Shown here in pieces: positions 12,543-26,620 of a stretch of 64,000 bases of DNA. Positions within the stretch are counted from its first letter, which is position 1, and every line of letters starts with the position of its first letter. Location: positions 1-64,000 of the forward strand of contig JAAILG010000115.1 in NCBI GenBank assembly GCA_012026655.1, in the 5' to 3' direction. The notes beneath the pieces are model-generated. The model saw only the letters and a list, made by a program, of their open reading frames with translations. It did not search any database and was not told the DNA's origin. The translations under genes and the position numbers were made by a program. This DNA comes from Hydrolagus affinis. Lineage: Eukaryota.

Positions 12543-14289
12543 TTGAAACCTGTCAGCACACAGAAATAGGCCGAACATTGAACAAAACAGGAAATAGAAT
12601 ATAGTCAGAGATATTTCACGGACACAGACATCTGAGGACATTGATGTCAATGATCAGTCTCTTGAGGTGTGGTTTATCGCAGACCTTTTTTTGAATTGTC
12701 ACTTCCAAACTTTGGGGTACCCTGACTACTGCACATGCATTTTGAGGGAGAAGAAAATTAAAGTCTACCCACCCCAGACAGTAAAACTAAAATACATTTC
12801 TTATAGCATCATAAAAAAGCACCAATGAGCCGATTCAATAGCCAGTACTCCACTGTGGGACTGTCAGGGGCAGACAAACGTTTTTTATTAATCAACGTTT
12901 AAAAATACCAAATGCCTGCTGTATTTATGCTGCAGTAACAATGGTACAGTACTTAAAACAACGGTGGGGAAACAAAAAATCGTGCTGTGCCATCTTCAAA
13001 AGCATGTTCCTGTGTGCGCAATCTTTAAAGATTCCTTCAAAAAAAAAGGATTTCCACAAGCAGACCTCATCATCTGTAAATCTGATAATGTTGATAATGT
13101 TTCACTAACAATGTAAAAGGAATAATGTTTTGTTGTGTATTTTTAGCTCTTCCTGTAACCTTGCAACTCTATTCAATGCTGTAATTTTGTGCAATTTCAC
13201 AAACATAAACAGGTATGTCTTTTCTCAGAAAATGGCTGTTTGCCATTTTTTTGCTTTAAAAAATTTGCAAGGGGGTTGGTGTGGGGGTACTGGGGGGGCC
13301 TGGGTGGGGGGCGGGGGGTGCGGTGGGAAGGAAAAGTGCCCTTTTCAATATCCTTTCTCATATAGTGCGGAATTGAAAAACAGGAAGTGTTCACCTTCTA
13401 AAAATATATTGACTGCAGGTTCATGTAATGCTATTCACCGTCCAAATCTCAAATTTATGCAGTGACTGACAGACAAGCTTTATTGCGACACAGAAATGCT
13501 CAGATAACTGTAGTACAATAAACAAATAAGGCCACATACATTCTAAATCACTAACATTGTAAAATAAGCAATAATACACAGGCGAGGTTAGTATTCCATC
13601 ACAACTGTGTTTGGAGTCATGTTTATTGTGGTGGGCCATTCTTTTAAGGACAGACGAAAAGGCATTGTTAATGTAATGTATACATGCACACAAACATGTA
13701 CAGTACTTAACAGTGATATTCTTTTAAAAATAGAACATGGACAGTGGCTGCATCTTCACCAGATGGATTCGGTGAAAAATAAGATTATTGTGGACTGAAG
13801 TGAGCAGATTCCATCTACCTCTATCATTTGCTTTCCAGGGGGTAGGTAAAATAACAAAATGGCAGAAAGCACATCTCTGTGTGTGTGTATATGGGTGGGG
13901 GGAGGGGATTGAGGCTGTATCTGTATGCAACAAAAGATATCTAAATTAATCTAGAAATGTGATTGAATGGATGAAGCTCAGCATGTTTGTATTGGCAGTG
14001 AACCAGACCAGAGAGCTAGGTCAGCAAGGGAGGGAGAGTCTGTGTGTCCACAGGATGTTCTCTACCACTTCAATTGTAGGAAGTGTATATTATGTTAGTC
14101 AGAGCCAGCTTTGGTGCTGAGACATAACCCTTCCAATACCCTTGGCTAATCCTTAATTTCTACACTGTGCACAAGGCTGTATTAAAAATGGGAAATTTTG
14201 AAGTACTCATATTTAGAGTTACAAGTTCAAATTATCAAGGCTCGTCAATACTCTCGCTCAAACCTCTGTATAATTCCTCCAACAAAAAA

Positions 14290-14462
14290 TAAGAATAAAT
14301 CAGTCACTTCAATCTATGACTGTTTGTGGAACACTACTGTGCACAATTGATGCTGTGTTTAGCCCACAAAATGCAGTCAATTACTTTACATATATTCTGG
14401 GAAGAACTTTGAGGTGTCTCGAGGCCGTGATAAGGCATAATATCAAACCCAAGGATTATTAA
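14290..14462 (+). mobile_element. tRNA-SINE 3' half
   Basis: GACTGTTTGTGGAACACTACTGTGCACAATTG...AAGGATTATT. Confidence 0.75.
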
Positions 14463-14824
14463 CTAAGAGATTTCCAAATATAATTTCCTTTTGAATTTGC
14501 TGATACAATCCGGTCTCCAACAACACCACATACTATATTTATCCTTCTTTTGATCTCCAGTGGTGTTCCCTGGTTTAGACTTTCTTTGATCATATTGAAC
14601 ATTACTAGGATCCAGTTTTTCTACAAGGAATTCATCAATTTAATAAAATCTTCCCAGAGTATTTACTTAACGTTAGTGTAAACATCCCCAGCTTCTGTTG
14701 TTTCTTTCTCTTCATAACTCAGGTACCTAATTCTTGTCATCAATCCATTTGTCATTCACCATACCCCCCTTCAATGCTAAATAGAATTTGTGGATGGCAA
14801 AACAAAAGGCAAAACATGATACGT

Positions 14825-15130
14825 CAGTCTGGCTTATTTGTTAGCATCTTGCCTCTGACTCAGAAGGTTGTGGGTTCAAGCCCCATGTTGGGACTTGAAA
14901 CTCATATTGTCTACACTGACACACTCCAATACGTGCTGAGATTGTGCTGCATTGTTGGAGGTTCTGTCCTTTGGATGAGACATTAAACCTGAGGTCCTGT
15001 CTCCCTGTTCAGGTAGACGTGAAAGATCCTATGCCACTATTCAAAAAGAGAAGGGAGTTTATCCTGGGGTCCTGGCCAACAATTCTCCAAATAAAATCAA
15101 TCATTCATTCCATTGCTATTTATGGGACAG
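14825..15130 (+). mobile_element. DeuSINE-like element (SacSINE1/AmnSINE1-type core)
   Basis: GCCTCTGACTCAGAAGGTTGTGGGTTCAAGCCCC head, then GGATGAGACATTAAACC...TCAGGTAGACGTGAAAGATCCTATGCCACTATT...GTCCTGGCCAAC, which resembles the Deu domain as recalled. Confidence 0.7.
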
Positions 15131-15313
15131 GTCAAAGAATGCCACCCAAATCACACAAAATGACAAGCAGATATTGTAAAACAGTATAAATATTTGTGTT
15201 TATTTAAGCAATAATATGATATGAATCACAAATTATGCTCAAGGCAATTTGCCTGTGTACGTTCCAGACATCAATCCTTAATCATGCAGCAGAAATATAG
15301 ATATTGCTCATTA

Positions 15314-15314
<1 letters not shown>

Positions 15315-15340
<26 letters not shown>
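15315..15340. repeat. (TA)13 microsatellite
   Basis: Perfect dinucleotide run. Confidence 0.93.
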
Positions 15341-15345
<5 letters not shown>

Positions 15346-18300
15346 CAATTGGTTTTACTGCATCAAGCATCACCAACAGTCTAGGTCCAAAAACACACAT
15401 AAACTAAATTTCAAAAGCACAATTTTAAAGACCTTGAAAATAACAAAATCGGATTTAGTATAACTGGAGAATCTATCTAGCAGCCCCCTGTCTGAGCAAG
15501 GAGCAAATTTGTAGCTCATTACATCCATATTGACATTTTTAAGTGTGCAATCAGTTTCCAAACACTGAAAGAATATTAAACAATTTCACAGCATTTTAAA
15601 TGCAAGCCATTCATAGAACTACCAGATAAATAATTTTGCTCATATGGAATTAATTAAGAACATTTAAACTGAATGGTAATACCTTTATTATTCTCTATGA
15701 GAATATTCAATAAATCCCAAACAGTTGCTTAATGTAGCTAAACTAACTTTGTCATGCAAGCAATTCCTGCTATATACAGTTTAGTCCTTCGCACGTGAAA
15801 GGCGCTCTATAAATGTAATTTTGTTGTTGTGGTTAATAGAGTTATGAAAGGACATGTTGAAGTTAAGAGCAAATGAGATTCAGCTGCAGATCAGCTCATA
15901 ATAAAAACATGGAGCATGTCCAACACGCTGAATAGTCCACTCCTGTTCATATAAATAAATGTATGGATCTAGAGTGAGCATAGCTTTTGGAGTAAATCAT
16001 TCGGTTTAAAATTGGGTCTTCTGTCAAGAGAATAAAATCCTTATGATTTGCATTTACGAGTTTCCTGTGACTTCCCATAATAGAAAACAACAACAATTGC
16101 ATTGGATATAGTACCTTATCATGTCTTCTAGAAGTCTCAAAGCGCTTCACAGAATATGCTGTAATAGTGTGAATTGACTGTGTGCTTTGTGGGCAAAACC
16201 ATTGGGAAATAATCAATGGGAAACATTTCTCATACTTATATACGAGGGACCTGCCCTTTTGTGCAGGTCAAAAAGGCTTGCACGAGAGTGTGAACTATAA
16301 GAAACTTTGATTTAAAAACATACAATAATCCTTATATTTGATATAGAACCTTTCATGCAATCTCTAAGTGCTTCATATGATATTGTACACTTAGTTCTGG
16401 AATGATTTAATCTATTTTGAATATGTGGTATATAAATTCTAATAGCAGAATAGACAAGGTTTCTAATAATAATCCTTGCATTTGAGAAGAATAATCCTCA
16501 TGTTATTGAGACATCTTAAAGTGTTTCACAAGATATATTGTGGATTGGTTTGACTATGGGTTTTATGGGTTCTAATCGATCAATGGACAATGATACAATG
16601 TTAGCCAATTCTTATTATACTGTACATAGAAAACAGACTTAATCTATAAATCAGAGGAACGCAATATACACACAAAGCTTCATGGATAAATGTATCACAG
16701 CTGTTGCAATCCTAATGGGCTTGAATGTAAGGTGTAATGAGATCATAATAACCTCAAAGTTCATCCATTTGTTCAGAGCGGCAGGGAATCTTTCCTGCCA
16801 TTGTTACCTTCCTTCAGACCAAATGCAGAGAAGCTTTTGTAACTGAAAGGTACTGTACGCACATCTTCACTCAATTGGTTTCTTCATCTTTCCCTGCAAC
16901 ACGCCTCGTATACAAGAATCTCCATTATCAGCCTTCTATTGATGGCACCAGAATTGATTTCCAGTGAGCGTGAACAGAATTAGTTCTTTCACTGGCACAA
17001 ACCTGATTTTCATAAAACACAGTATAATGGCTAACCCGTATTAAGGGCTTCTTTTTCCTTCAGCTTTTTTGTGAAAAACACTGCAAATGCAGCTTGGAGG
17101 AATTTTTTGAAGCAATTATTGTTCAAGATAATTGTCAAATAGCGAGGATGAGTGATGCTTTTTGAAAACAAATATTAAATCATAAAATTGTGGAAACAAA
17201 TTACTTGAGAGCAGATGTGAGATTTCTGTTGAACATGGAAGAGATTTGCGCTTATGAATTACCAAGAGTGTGGTTTTGAAAGATATTCTAAGGAGATTTT
17301 GAGACTAAAGTGGTTTTGATGTTGCCTCACATTTACTTTCTTGCCAGTTTAAAATCTAACTGATTTGGTTCTTATAACAAAAGGACGTGAAATGTGTTAT
17401 TGAAGGGTGAACATCTTGTTTGCAGTCTTCTCTGTGGATCATGGTAAAACCAATAAGCATAGGAATAAATAGTGTAACGGATTTTTCAAGGGAGCTTTTT
17501 ACATTAAGGCACTTCTATTGTCTCAACATATTGCTTTGTTTTCGCATTGCATTAGAGAACATCGTGCAATCTGCTTGCTTTTCAAAGTGCCTCCTCTCCG
17601 TCACCTGTATTACAGCTTTTATTGATGAGAATACCCCCCAATCTCATTTATTGCTCTCGGAATTAAAAATTAATGTACACCTGGCTTTCATCATAAGGCA
17701 TTAATTTAGATTCAGCGGCTCAAAAAAAACGTAGAATGCAACGTGGCAGGTTCATCAATCCTCTTGTTTTGATTCTTGCAGTTTCTTCACACGTTTAAAA
17801 ATAAACACATTTAAACGCCACATATTGTATATGCGGAAGTGGGCAAGTTCACGCCCCACACTATAACAACTTCTGCCCTGGCAATTAATGTGCCAGGATC
17901 TTCGCCTACAAATATAGAGTCAATATACTTTACAGAAAGATCCTGTGAAACACTGTTGAGATGTTTTGATGATGTGATAAGCCACTGCATTAAATTCAAG
18001 AATTATTCTATTTAATCTCGAGGATAAACAATTGGGACACAATTACACAAAATTTAGACAAACACATTGCAGTTGACCATGATCCTAAAAGTACATGCTA
18101 ACAACATTGCTCCAGATAGGAATTGAGATGCTCGTTGAGGTGTCCTGAGTAAAAATCCCCCAAAACAAAATTTGTCATTCATTTTATGGCTGTTTGTGAG
18201 ACATTGCTATATGTAACTGGGCTATCGTGATTGCCAAGAAATGCACAGTCACTCCACGTAACAGTAAATGCTGTGAAGTGCTTGGAGACTTCCTCCCAAA

Positions 18301-18359
18301 GTCAAAGTTGCTGTACCAAATGGAAGAACTATACACACACACATATAAATATATTATAA

Positions 18360-18662
18360 TATATAATACTTGCATTTGATATAGCCCTTTTCATGTCTTC
18401 TAGACATCTCAAAGTGCTTCACAGAATATACTGTAAAGTGAATTGACTACATATATATTTACTCAATTATATATATAAAATATTTGTGGGCGAATCGATT
18501 GGGCAACCAATTGGGCACAACAGTGTCCCACAAACATTTGTGGATTGAAAGGACCAATTTTATTTTTTTAGGGATTATTATCGGGCATTGGAGCAATGAA
18601 ACTTGCCCAATGGAATCGAACCCAGGTCTCTCACTTGTACGGCGAGTGCTATAACCACTCTA
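18360..18662 (-). mobile_element. tRNA-SINE copy
   Basis: TTGCATTTGATATAGCCCTTTTCATGTC...GGCGAGTGCTATAACCACT. Confidence 0.85.
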
Positions 18663-18669
18663 ACCAACC

Positions 18670-18771
18670 ATATTTTATTACATATCTATATATATTATAT
18701 TTATATATATATAAATATCTATATATATTATATATATATCTATATATATATATATATATGGATATATATAA
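18670..18771. repeat. Degenerate (TA)n microsatellite
   Basis: ~100 bp of imperfect TA repeats. Confidence 0.9.
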
Positions 18772-18773
18772 TA

Positions 18774-18993
18774 CAGTAAAAGCCTGTTTGTCCGGCACCC
18801 TCGGGACCTGGCCAATGCCGGTGAAAGCACCTGCTGGATATTCGGCCGAAAACGCAACAAAAAAAAACAAAAAAACATTTCAATGTATTTTTCCGGATAA
18901 ATTCCGGTTAATCGAATGCAGACCTTTTTTTTGCGATACCGGTTATATGGAAGTTAATATTGATCGGGTGCCGGATAAACAGGCTTTTTACTG
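18774..18993. mobile_element. Tigger/pogo-like MITE, 220 bp
   Basis: TIRs CAGTAAAAGCCTGTTTGTCCGGCACCC / GGGTGCCGGATAAACAGGCTTTTTACTG, flanked by TA on both sides. Confidence 0.88.
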
Positions 18994-20450
18994 TACACAT
19001 ATTTCTTAATTTGCATTCAGATGGAAACCAAATATTTCCTACTTAATACGCTACTCCACTCAATGTATTTCTGTTGAAGAAAATATTTAATTCCACTGCA
19101 GTATTTATAATTTAATTGATTTGAACTTTAAGTACTGTTTTCACTGCATGTCAAAATACATTCACACTAGTTTTCATGCATTGTCTATTCATATTACACA
19201 TAAGCAATTACACGTTTCTAATTATGGGTGACAATCAATGTAAAAAAATCAATGTAGAATAGGAACACAGGTGAAGGAAAGGGAAAAAAAAGTGTCTCTG
19301 TTAGAAAAATTATGTAGAGATGCAAAAAACACCAGATGCTCGTTAAAGCAGATTTATTCTCCATTTTATCTATTCATTGTTACCTCCAAACCATGAATCT
19401 CATTTAAATGCAAATAAATGCTTTTCCATTTATTGTATTTCTACTGTGCCTTGTCCTACGAAAACAAATCTTTGCCCGAATTGTTTAAAATGCATAGTTT
19501 TGCTAGCAATATCCAGAATGACAATGGAAGTGTGGTCTCATCATCGGAAAGGCAAAGCCATATATTCCTAATAGTCTCAAATGAATCTATTTAGTGCAGT
19601 TAACTCCTGATAACTCATCACTTCAAGGGAAAAGCTCAGAGACAAGTTATCCAGAAATGGCAAGGTCGGCATGTATAAATTAGGCCAAAATACTGATAAC
19701 ATAATGATTTAAGAAGTGATAGTGACAAATTCAGCCAGGGTCGAGTTATTAGGAGTTTAGTGTACTTTATTACAGTTCAAAACTCTGGGGAGTATGAGGT
19801 TTAAAGACCTTAATTCTCAAATGGTTTCTGAACACTCTATGAAAACCTTTAACTAGTCCAATACCTGGGACTAGTCTCAGAGCTAGAATTTTAAGGTAAG
19901 GTCAGGTGGACCAGTGAAGCACAAATAGTAAATTGTATTGCTACCCATATCACACATCGATTCACATCTCACTTGGGAGTATTCACAGAAATTACTACTG
20001 GATCAACACAGCCCACAAGAGACCCACACATTACTTCTCAGAACCTTACTCTGGGTGGCTTCCTCTGCTGCAAGCCTGTGACCCTTTAGCGGATCACTAA
20101 TAATTAAAAAGGCTTTGTTCTGAACTGACACACATCTCAGCTGAACATAACCACTTCAAAGTACTGTATGCAGCTAAAATTTTGTACGAAACAGAATTCA
20201 GTATGAGGAAATATAGGATTTTAATAACTGAAAATCATAATCTACTGTCCACCTGCCAACACATAAATTCCTTCAGGAATATAGTGATACCAGCATCAAA
20301 AGCACTATCCAAATATTACCAACAATGGTTTAAGCATAAATGGTTTTAATGTTGAATTTTAAGGAAAATAATTTTGGTAGGCAAAAGAAAATTGCAAACC
20401 TTTTAGCACTAATAGAGTTAGCTTAACTACTGTACACAATTATAATTATT

Positions 20451-20760
20451 TGTGGTGTCCTGTAGCTCAGTGGTTATAGCCCTCGTTTTGCAAGCAAGAA
20501 ACCTGGGTTCGATTCCAGGCAGGGCGAAACCTTGGGAAAGTTTCCTTACTCCACATGCCTAATAATACCTAAGAATTATAATTATAATAATGAATTGGTC
20601 ATTTCAATCCCCAACTGTTGTGGAACACTGCTGTGCGCAATTGGCTGTCGCATTTCGCCCACAGGAAATAGTCAATTCACTTTACAGAATATTCCAAGAA
20701 GCGCCTTGTGACATCTAGAAGACTCAAAAAGCACGATATAAAATGCAAGGATTATTATTA
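20451..20760 (+). mobile_element. tRNA-SINE, full length
   Basis: TGTGGTGTCCTGTAGCTCAGTGGTT...GGTTCGATTCCAGG...AATGCAAGGATTATTATTA. Confidence 0.88.
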
Positions 20761-21896
20761 GTCAGGCATGAACGGATCATTAAAATGACAGAAATGTAAA
20801 AGTCAGTGAAACCCCACACTGCTGCGTTTGGAAACTAATAAAAGTGCATTGAAATACGCTCCTGATAAGGGGAAAAGCTACATATTCTACTTTTAGCAAT
20901 GACAGTGAAAATACCTCTCCATCAAAAGTTGTTATAATAATAATAGTCCTTGCATTTGATACAGCACCTTTTCATGTCAGGAGGACATCTCAAAGCACTT
21001 CAAATGATGCACTGTAAAGTGCTGTTACTGTGTACAGTATTTTGTAGGCAAGCAATGATGATCTATCATTCCAAAGCACAGTCTAAAACTCCTCTCTTCA
21101 GATGACCACAGGGTCTGTGGGGTATAAATTTTTTTATGAAAAGTTTTTAAAAAACCATCATATTTTCCACCACTACACGCGAAGGGCTTATTAAAATTCA
21201 CTTCTAAATATGCAAAGCTGCTGCGTGACTGCTGGTACCAGCTAGTGTACCATGGAAAAGTGTCTTCTGCAGCACTGTCAGTGCCACAAAGAAAAGGATT
21301 TGCATGTAATCTGGGCCTGACTATTAATAAGCTTCAAGTGGAAAACAAGCTTTGGGAAAAGTGCTCTTAAGCTTTCTAGAAACCTGTACATCCAGTTAAT
21401 ATACAAGCGAAGCCATATACTGTAACATGAAACAGGCATGAAGGTTGTGACTTTAGAATCCACAACATACTACAACAGTGGAAAGGGCAAGGTATTCTCT
21501 ACTGTTTATTTGTTGGTTTTCTAAATACAGACAGACGGTCCTACTTTACACCATAAATGTTTCTAAATCAGTATCATACCTCTCAGCAAGCAAGCTACAT
21601 AGTGTGAACACAACCACTTGAAGTCATTGAACTGAACAAGACTAGATAGGTGGACTCAACATGTCTAGATAAAACTGGTTATTCACTTCATGGCTGTTTG
21701 AGGGACATTGCTACTCACAGATTGGTTGCTGGCTTGACTACAAAATACAGTACATACTCACTCAATTTACAACAAATAGTTTACATACAGCCATTGACAT
21801 ATACAGAATATTAGGAAAGTTAATAACTATAAAGGATTCAACAACAAAAAATGGCAAATAGTTTAGTGAACATTCAATAATGATTAAGTATTATTC

Positions 21897-22142
21897 AATT
21901 CAATTCCAGGCAGGGCAAAACCTTGGCCAAGTTTCCTTACTCCACACACCTAATAATTCTAAAAAAAATTGGTCATTTCAATCCATGACTGTTTGTGGGT
22001 TACTGCTGTATGCAATTGGCTGCTGTGTTTCGCCCACAAACATACAGTCAATTCACTTTACAGTATACTGTATTCTGTGAAGTGCTTTGAGATGTCCAGA
22101 AGACATGAAAAGCGCTACATCAAAGGCAAGGGTTATTAATAT
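21897..22142 (+). mobile_element. tRNA-SINE, 5' truncated
   Basis: Starts near the B box (CAATTCCAGGCAGGGCAAAACC) and runs to the tail. Confidence 0.82.
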
Positions 22143-25100
22143 TAACAGAACAAGTCACATATGGCATAGAGTAGCCATTAAAAGTATGGTCGCAAATAAG
22201 TTAATTTCAAGAAGATTCAGAGAGAAAGTAGGAAATGTGAGAAGGTGAATGTTGACTACTTGTGTGCTTCTCAAGAAGCACAGCACAATATGCTACAATA
22301 GTGGGCCTCTACAAACTCATTTATTCCGGCATCTATGAAGGCAAACTCATCTGAAACCTTATCTCAACGTGTGTTCAGTCAAAAATGATGGGAGGTAGAT
22401 TTTGTTGACTGTTCATGTTCCATCAGAAAAGCTGCATGGACCTGCTCCAAAATAGTTACAGATCAGTTCCAACCAATTTCCTGTATTCATATGCTCACAA
22501 AGTTGCACTTTTCAGTCAGGCATTCTGAGGTTTATCAGTAAAGTGGAGTACAGTATTGTAGATATATTATCTTTGGCTGTTAATACATGGCTCCTTTGTG
22601 CTACTGAGAAGTTTCAACTCATCTAACTGTAGAAATAACAGAACTGATCTTCTGAAACTATTCATATGCAAATCGTACTTTGAGCGTATATAGTAAATAC
22701 TGTACACTGCAAAGTACCACTGGGTAAAGAGGGAGAAAGTCACTAAGTGCAGAATCACACAATGCTGATATATTGTCTTGCTCATCCAGACTTAAATTTC
22801 CAACAACCTTTTAGAAGGTTATATTTTAATTAAAGGTTTACTCACATCATTGGTATGTCCTCACTGCCCACTACAAACAAATGCCATAAATGTGTGTAAC
22901 AAGTTAAATTCATGACATGATTTAAAGAAGCACAGATCAAAATGACAATAATTCAGTGATTCAACCCCAATCAATGGTAATAAAGGCCAAGTTCCTCCTT
23001 GTTCCTTTCTCTGCCACATCTTTTCTTCAGCTGCTGAATACATTGCAATTTATTTTCTTTCATCTGAAAGCCAACAGTGTGTCAAAGGGCAGCACATTTG
23101 CACAGCCTTTCCATAAAACAGTGGAAATATTCTCCTTCAAGCTCAGATTGGCACTATCTACCTCTGTTGGTGTCATAGCAGTAGTAACACAGTTGCACTG
23201 ATTAGGTAGAATACCAAACGTTGAAACGGATGGGTAACAAGAGGAAGCACAAGGAAACTTTAATAGTCCTACAGTGATTGTTGGTAAAGATTGTTTGGAG
23301 ATAAACAACAACAAAGTTACATTTGTAGTGTGCCTTTCAGCGTCCCAAGGCGCTATACAGGCAGAGAAAACGTTTGTACTTACCAATGGCTGTTATTAGA
23401 GTCATTGCCCAGTGTGACGTTGAGCTGTACAGGCAAGACCAGGTTTGATGTCCACTCTATGAAATGAGTTGATCATAGAATGGTCAACAGCAGGTGTTAA
23501 AGAGTCAGTTTGGGGGGCCTTTGCAACAGGAAGCAAAAACTAAAATATTGCCTGGTTACCAGCTGATAATCCTGTATGTGAATCTCTGACAGGATCAGAG
23601 TTAATATTCCCTGTCCAGGCTGACACAGAAAGATAGGCAGGTACCAGTGAGTAACTGACATCTGTTCAACATACAGTATATGGATTCTTTTAGATGCAGA
23701 AGGTTATTCCAGTATACATCAGCACCGTAATCAGAAACATTTACATGAATATGTAGGAAAATTTGTAGAGGAAATATTTATTTGTAAAAAAATATAAAGT
23801 TACTTATGGTACTTTCACACAAAAGGTCTTTTATTCAGCAAATTATCTACGGTTTATCTATAAAATACACAGTCACATTTGTGAAGTTCTTTGAGGCGTT
23901 TTATACAAGGACTTATACAAAATACAAGGATTTTAAAAATATATGATTCAAGTCATCTGCTTTTTAGTACTACAGTAGAATTGCTTTATTTCACTGCTAT
24001 TGTCCATATTTCATTAAATTAAATGTTAAATTAACTATCTACTTTAAGAAACAAGTCAAATACTATCAGGTTTTGATCACAATAAAGTAAAACTCATCTG
24101 TAGAACAATGCCAATAATAAAATGAATTGATTTAAAAAGCCAATTGGGTGTCTTTGTTCCAATTCATATTTTGTCCTCAGGATTTTGCATCAAGAAATTC
24201 AATATCATCCTCAGAATGAATTAAAAACTATTCGGAATCAAGAATGTTCTAAACCACATAAAATAAGCAATTTTATTTTTCAAGTTGAATTGGGACATTC
24301 TCCACATGCTGAATATAAAGGTGCTGGGATGTTGTAATACAGTATATATGCATACCATACTGTACATACCAAATTTCTGACCATGGATTCAATTATTGCA
24401 TAAACACTAAACAGATATACTGAATGGAGTTCTGAGAGTGCAATTGAATCAATGTGCTGAAACATCATAAGAGAGTGAAGCTCGAGCAGTTTACAATTGT
24501 TACCAGTAATATGGCTTCCAGGAAACAAAATAATCATCCTTGATGCAAGAGTAAGCTGGTCCAGTGTTTCCATCTATATATATTGAATATATTCAAAGCA
24601 TTTCCTGAGCTTTGAAGGCTAATGTGGTTGATGAAAATGCTCTGTTGTTATCCATGGCTGCAAAGCAGTAGCAAAACAATGAGATCATGGTGCTTGATGC
24701 TCGTTATACTTTGGCCAACTTGCTGGTAAATAAAAAGCAGACCAAATAACTCTTTTCGTGTCACAGTTTGTCGGTAAACAAAATAATTTCACATATGCCC
24801 AATGTACAAATCAAAAACAGAAAAGCAGTTAAATGTGAGAATATCAACTCTCCTGGCAGGAGTCATTGCAAGGAAAAAGAATGAACCATGTGAAAAGTCA
24901 CAGCTAGGAAAGGACCTGGTTACCACTGGCTTGCCAGTTCAATGAACGAAAGGTGAAATCAGGTGAAATCAAAATGTGCACCAATGGTTACAAATATGGC
25001 TAAATGTACACTTCATATTGTATATGAAGAACTCTATTACTTAGCAACCATGAAGTACTTCAGTGTAGGCATCAATTTCCCACCTCTTTATAAAACACTG

Positions 25101-26479
25101 TCCGTGGACACACTGCTCTTTAAGGTTGTTGAACACACAGTTTCTGCAAATGGTCCAGTGATTACGTAATGGCATCACCCAACCCAGTGCTAGGCTATGC
25201 AGACCAGAAGGTCAGGGGTTGAAACCATGGTCTTTGCTGAGTTAGCTGATCATAACTGCAGCAACAGTTAAGACACAAAAATTATTCTCAATACGTGTAG
25301 GTTCTCGGAGTGGGAGGGGGAGGTGTGGGTTGGAAGTTACATACAGGTTGCTCAATTGTGAGGCATCCCACAGTAGAATGGTCTGCCAACTCTCAGTGTC
25401 AAAGCTCAAACATAGCCAATGCTTAATGTATAGTTGAGTGCAGGCCACCGTGCAAATCATATCCCATGTGAACAAAAACAAAAATCACACACGCCTTCAG
25501 AAGAAGGGATGGAAAAACGTTTGTTGAACAGATGAAAAACTAACTTATCAATGGGAGAACTGATGCAAGTTGCTCAGAATCTATGTGAAAAAATATCTGA
25601 TGTCAGCTTTTGGAATATATGATGTACAAAATTGAATTCTAGTCATTAGATCACATACTGTAGACTTATAAGCAAAACTGCCCACCATCTTGACATTTGC
25701 ATCCAAATCCTATTTTGCAAATTCATTCCATCACATTATGCACATTCACATCTGTAATTTATTTAACATTGCAATATACTATATACAATAGTACATTTCT
25801 ACAAACAGATTTGAAACGCCACCCCATTCACTGGTTACAATGATGAAAAGCAGATTTGTGTCCTTTTTTTTTAAGACCAAGCACACAGGAAGAATTCAAC
25901 ATTATCACACCTCAGAGATTCACCAATAAAATGAGAAATGCCGGTGAGAAATGTAATAAAGAAAGCTATATCTCCCACATCTATTTTGTCACAAAATGTG
26001 AAATAGCTGCAGAAATAAACCAAACAGAATGACACTGTGTTTGCCTCATATTTGTGGTAAATGCAAGCAAAAAAATAAGATTGTTGTACTTAAGACACAT
26101 TACGAACCTTCCAAAGAATACAATAGAAATCTTGCAACTTCATAGCCCACGTACAAAAATGGTTAACGCTGGAAACTATATATGCACCATACAAAGGGCA
26201 ACCTCCACAATCTTCCCACTCCATATTTTATGATTAAGATCATTGCTGTAAACTGGAGCTCAAGAGGTTTAAAGATAAAATCAATAATAAGGAAAGTAAT
26301 TTAACCCTCATCAATTTAGTCAACCCAAATTACAGTTTCAGATGGCGTGAAGATCTTTGTGAGTTACACAAAAATATATACCTGGAATTAACAGAAGAAA
26401 TCACTTATAAGATGAAATTTATGTTATCAAAACATTTGAAAGTACTACATTAAACTTCAGGCAGTTTAGTGGAGTGTCT

Positions 26480-26620
26480 GTAATAATAATAATCATCATC
26501 ATCCTTGCATTTGATATAGCATCTTATCATGTCCTTAAGACATCTCAAAGCACTTCACAGAAAAGACTGTAAAGTGAAATGATTGTATATGTTGTGGGTG
26601 AACTGCACACACCAACTGAA
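26480..26620 (-). mobile_element. tRNA-SINE 3' fragment
   Basis: AATAATAAT...ATCCTTGCATTTGATATAGC...AAAGCACTTCACAG. Confidence 0.72.

Noticed and set aside
18596-19009. 137-aa ORF
   Set aside because: It reads through a SINE head, a (TA)n tract and a MITE, giving low-complexity Y/I runs.
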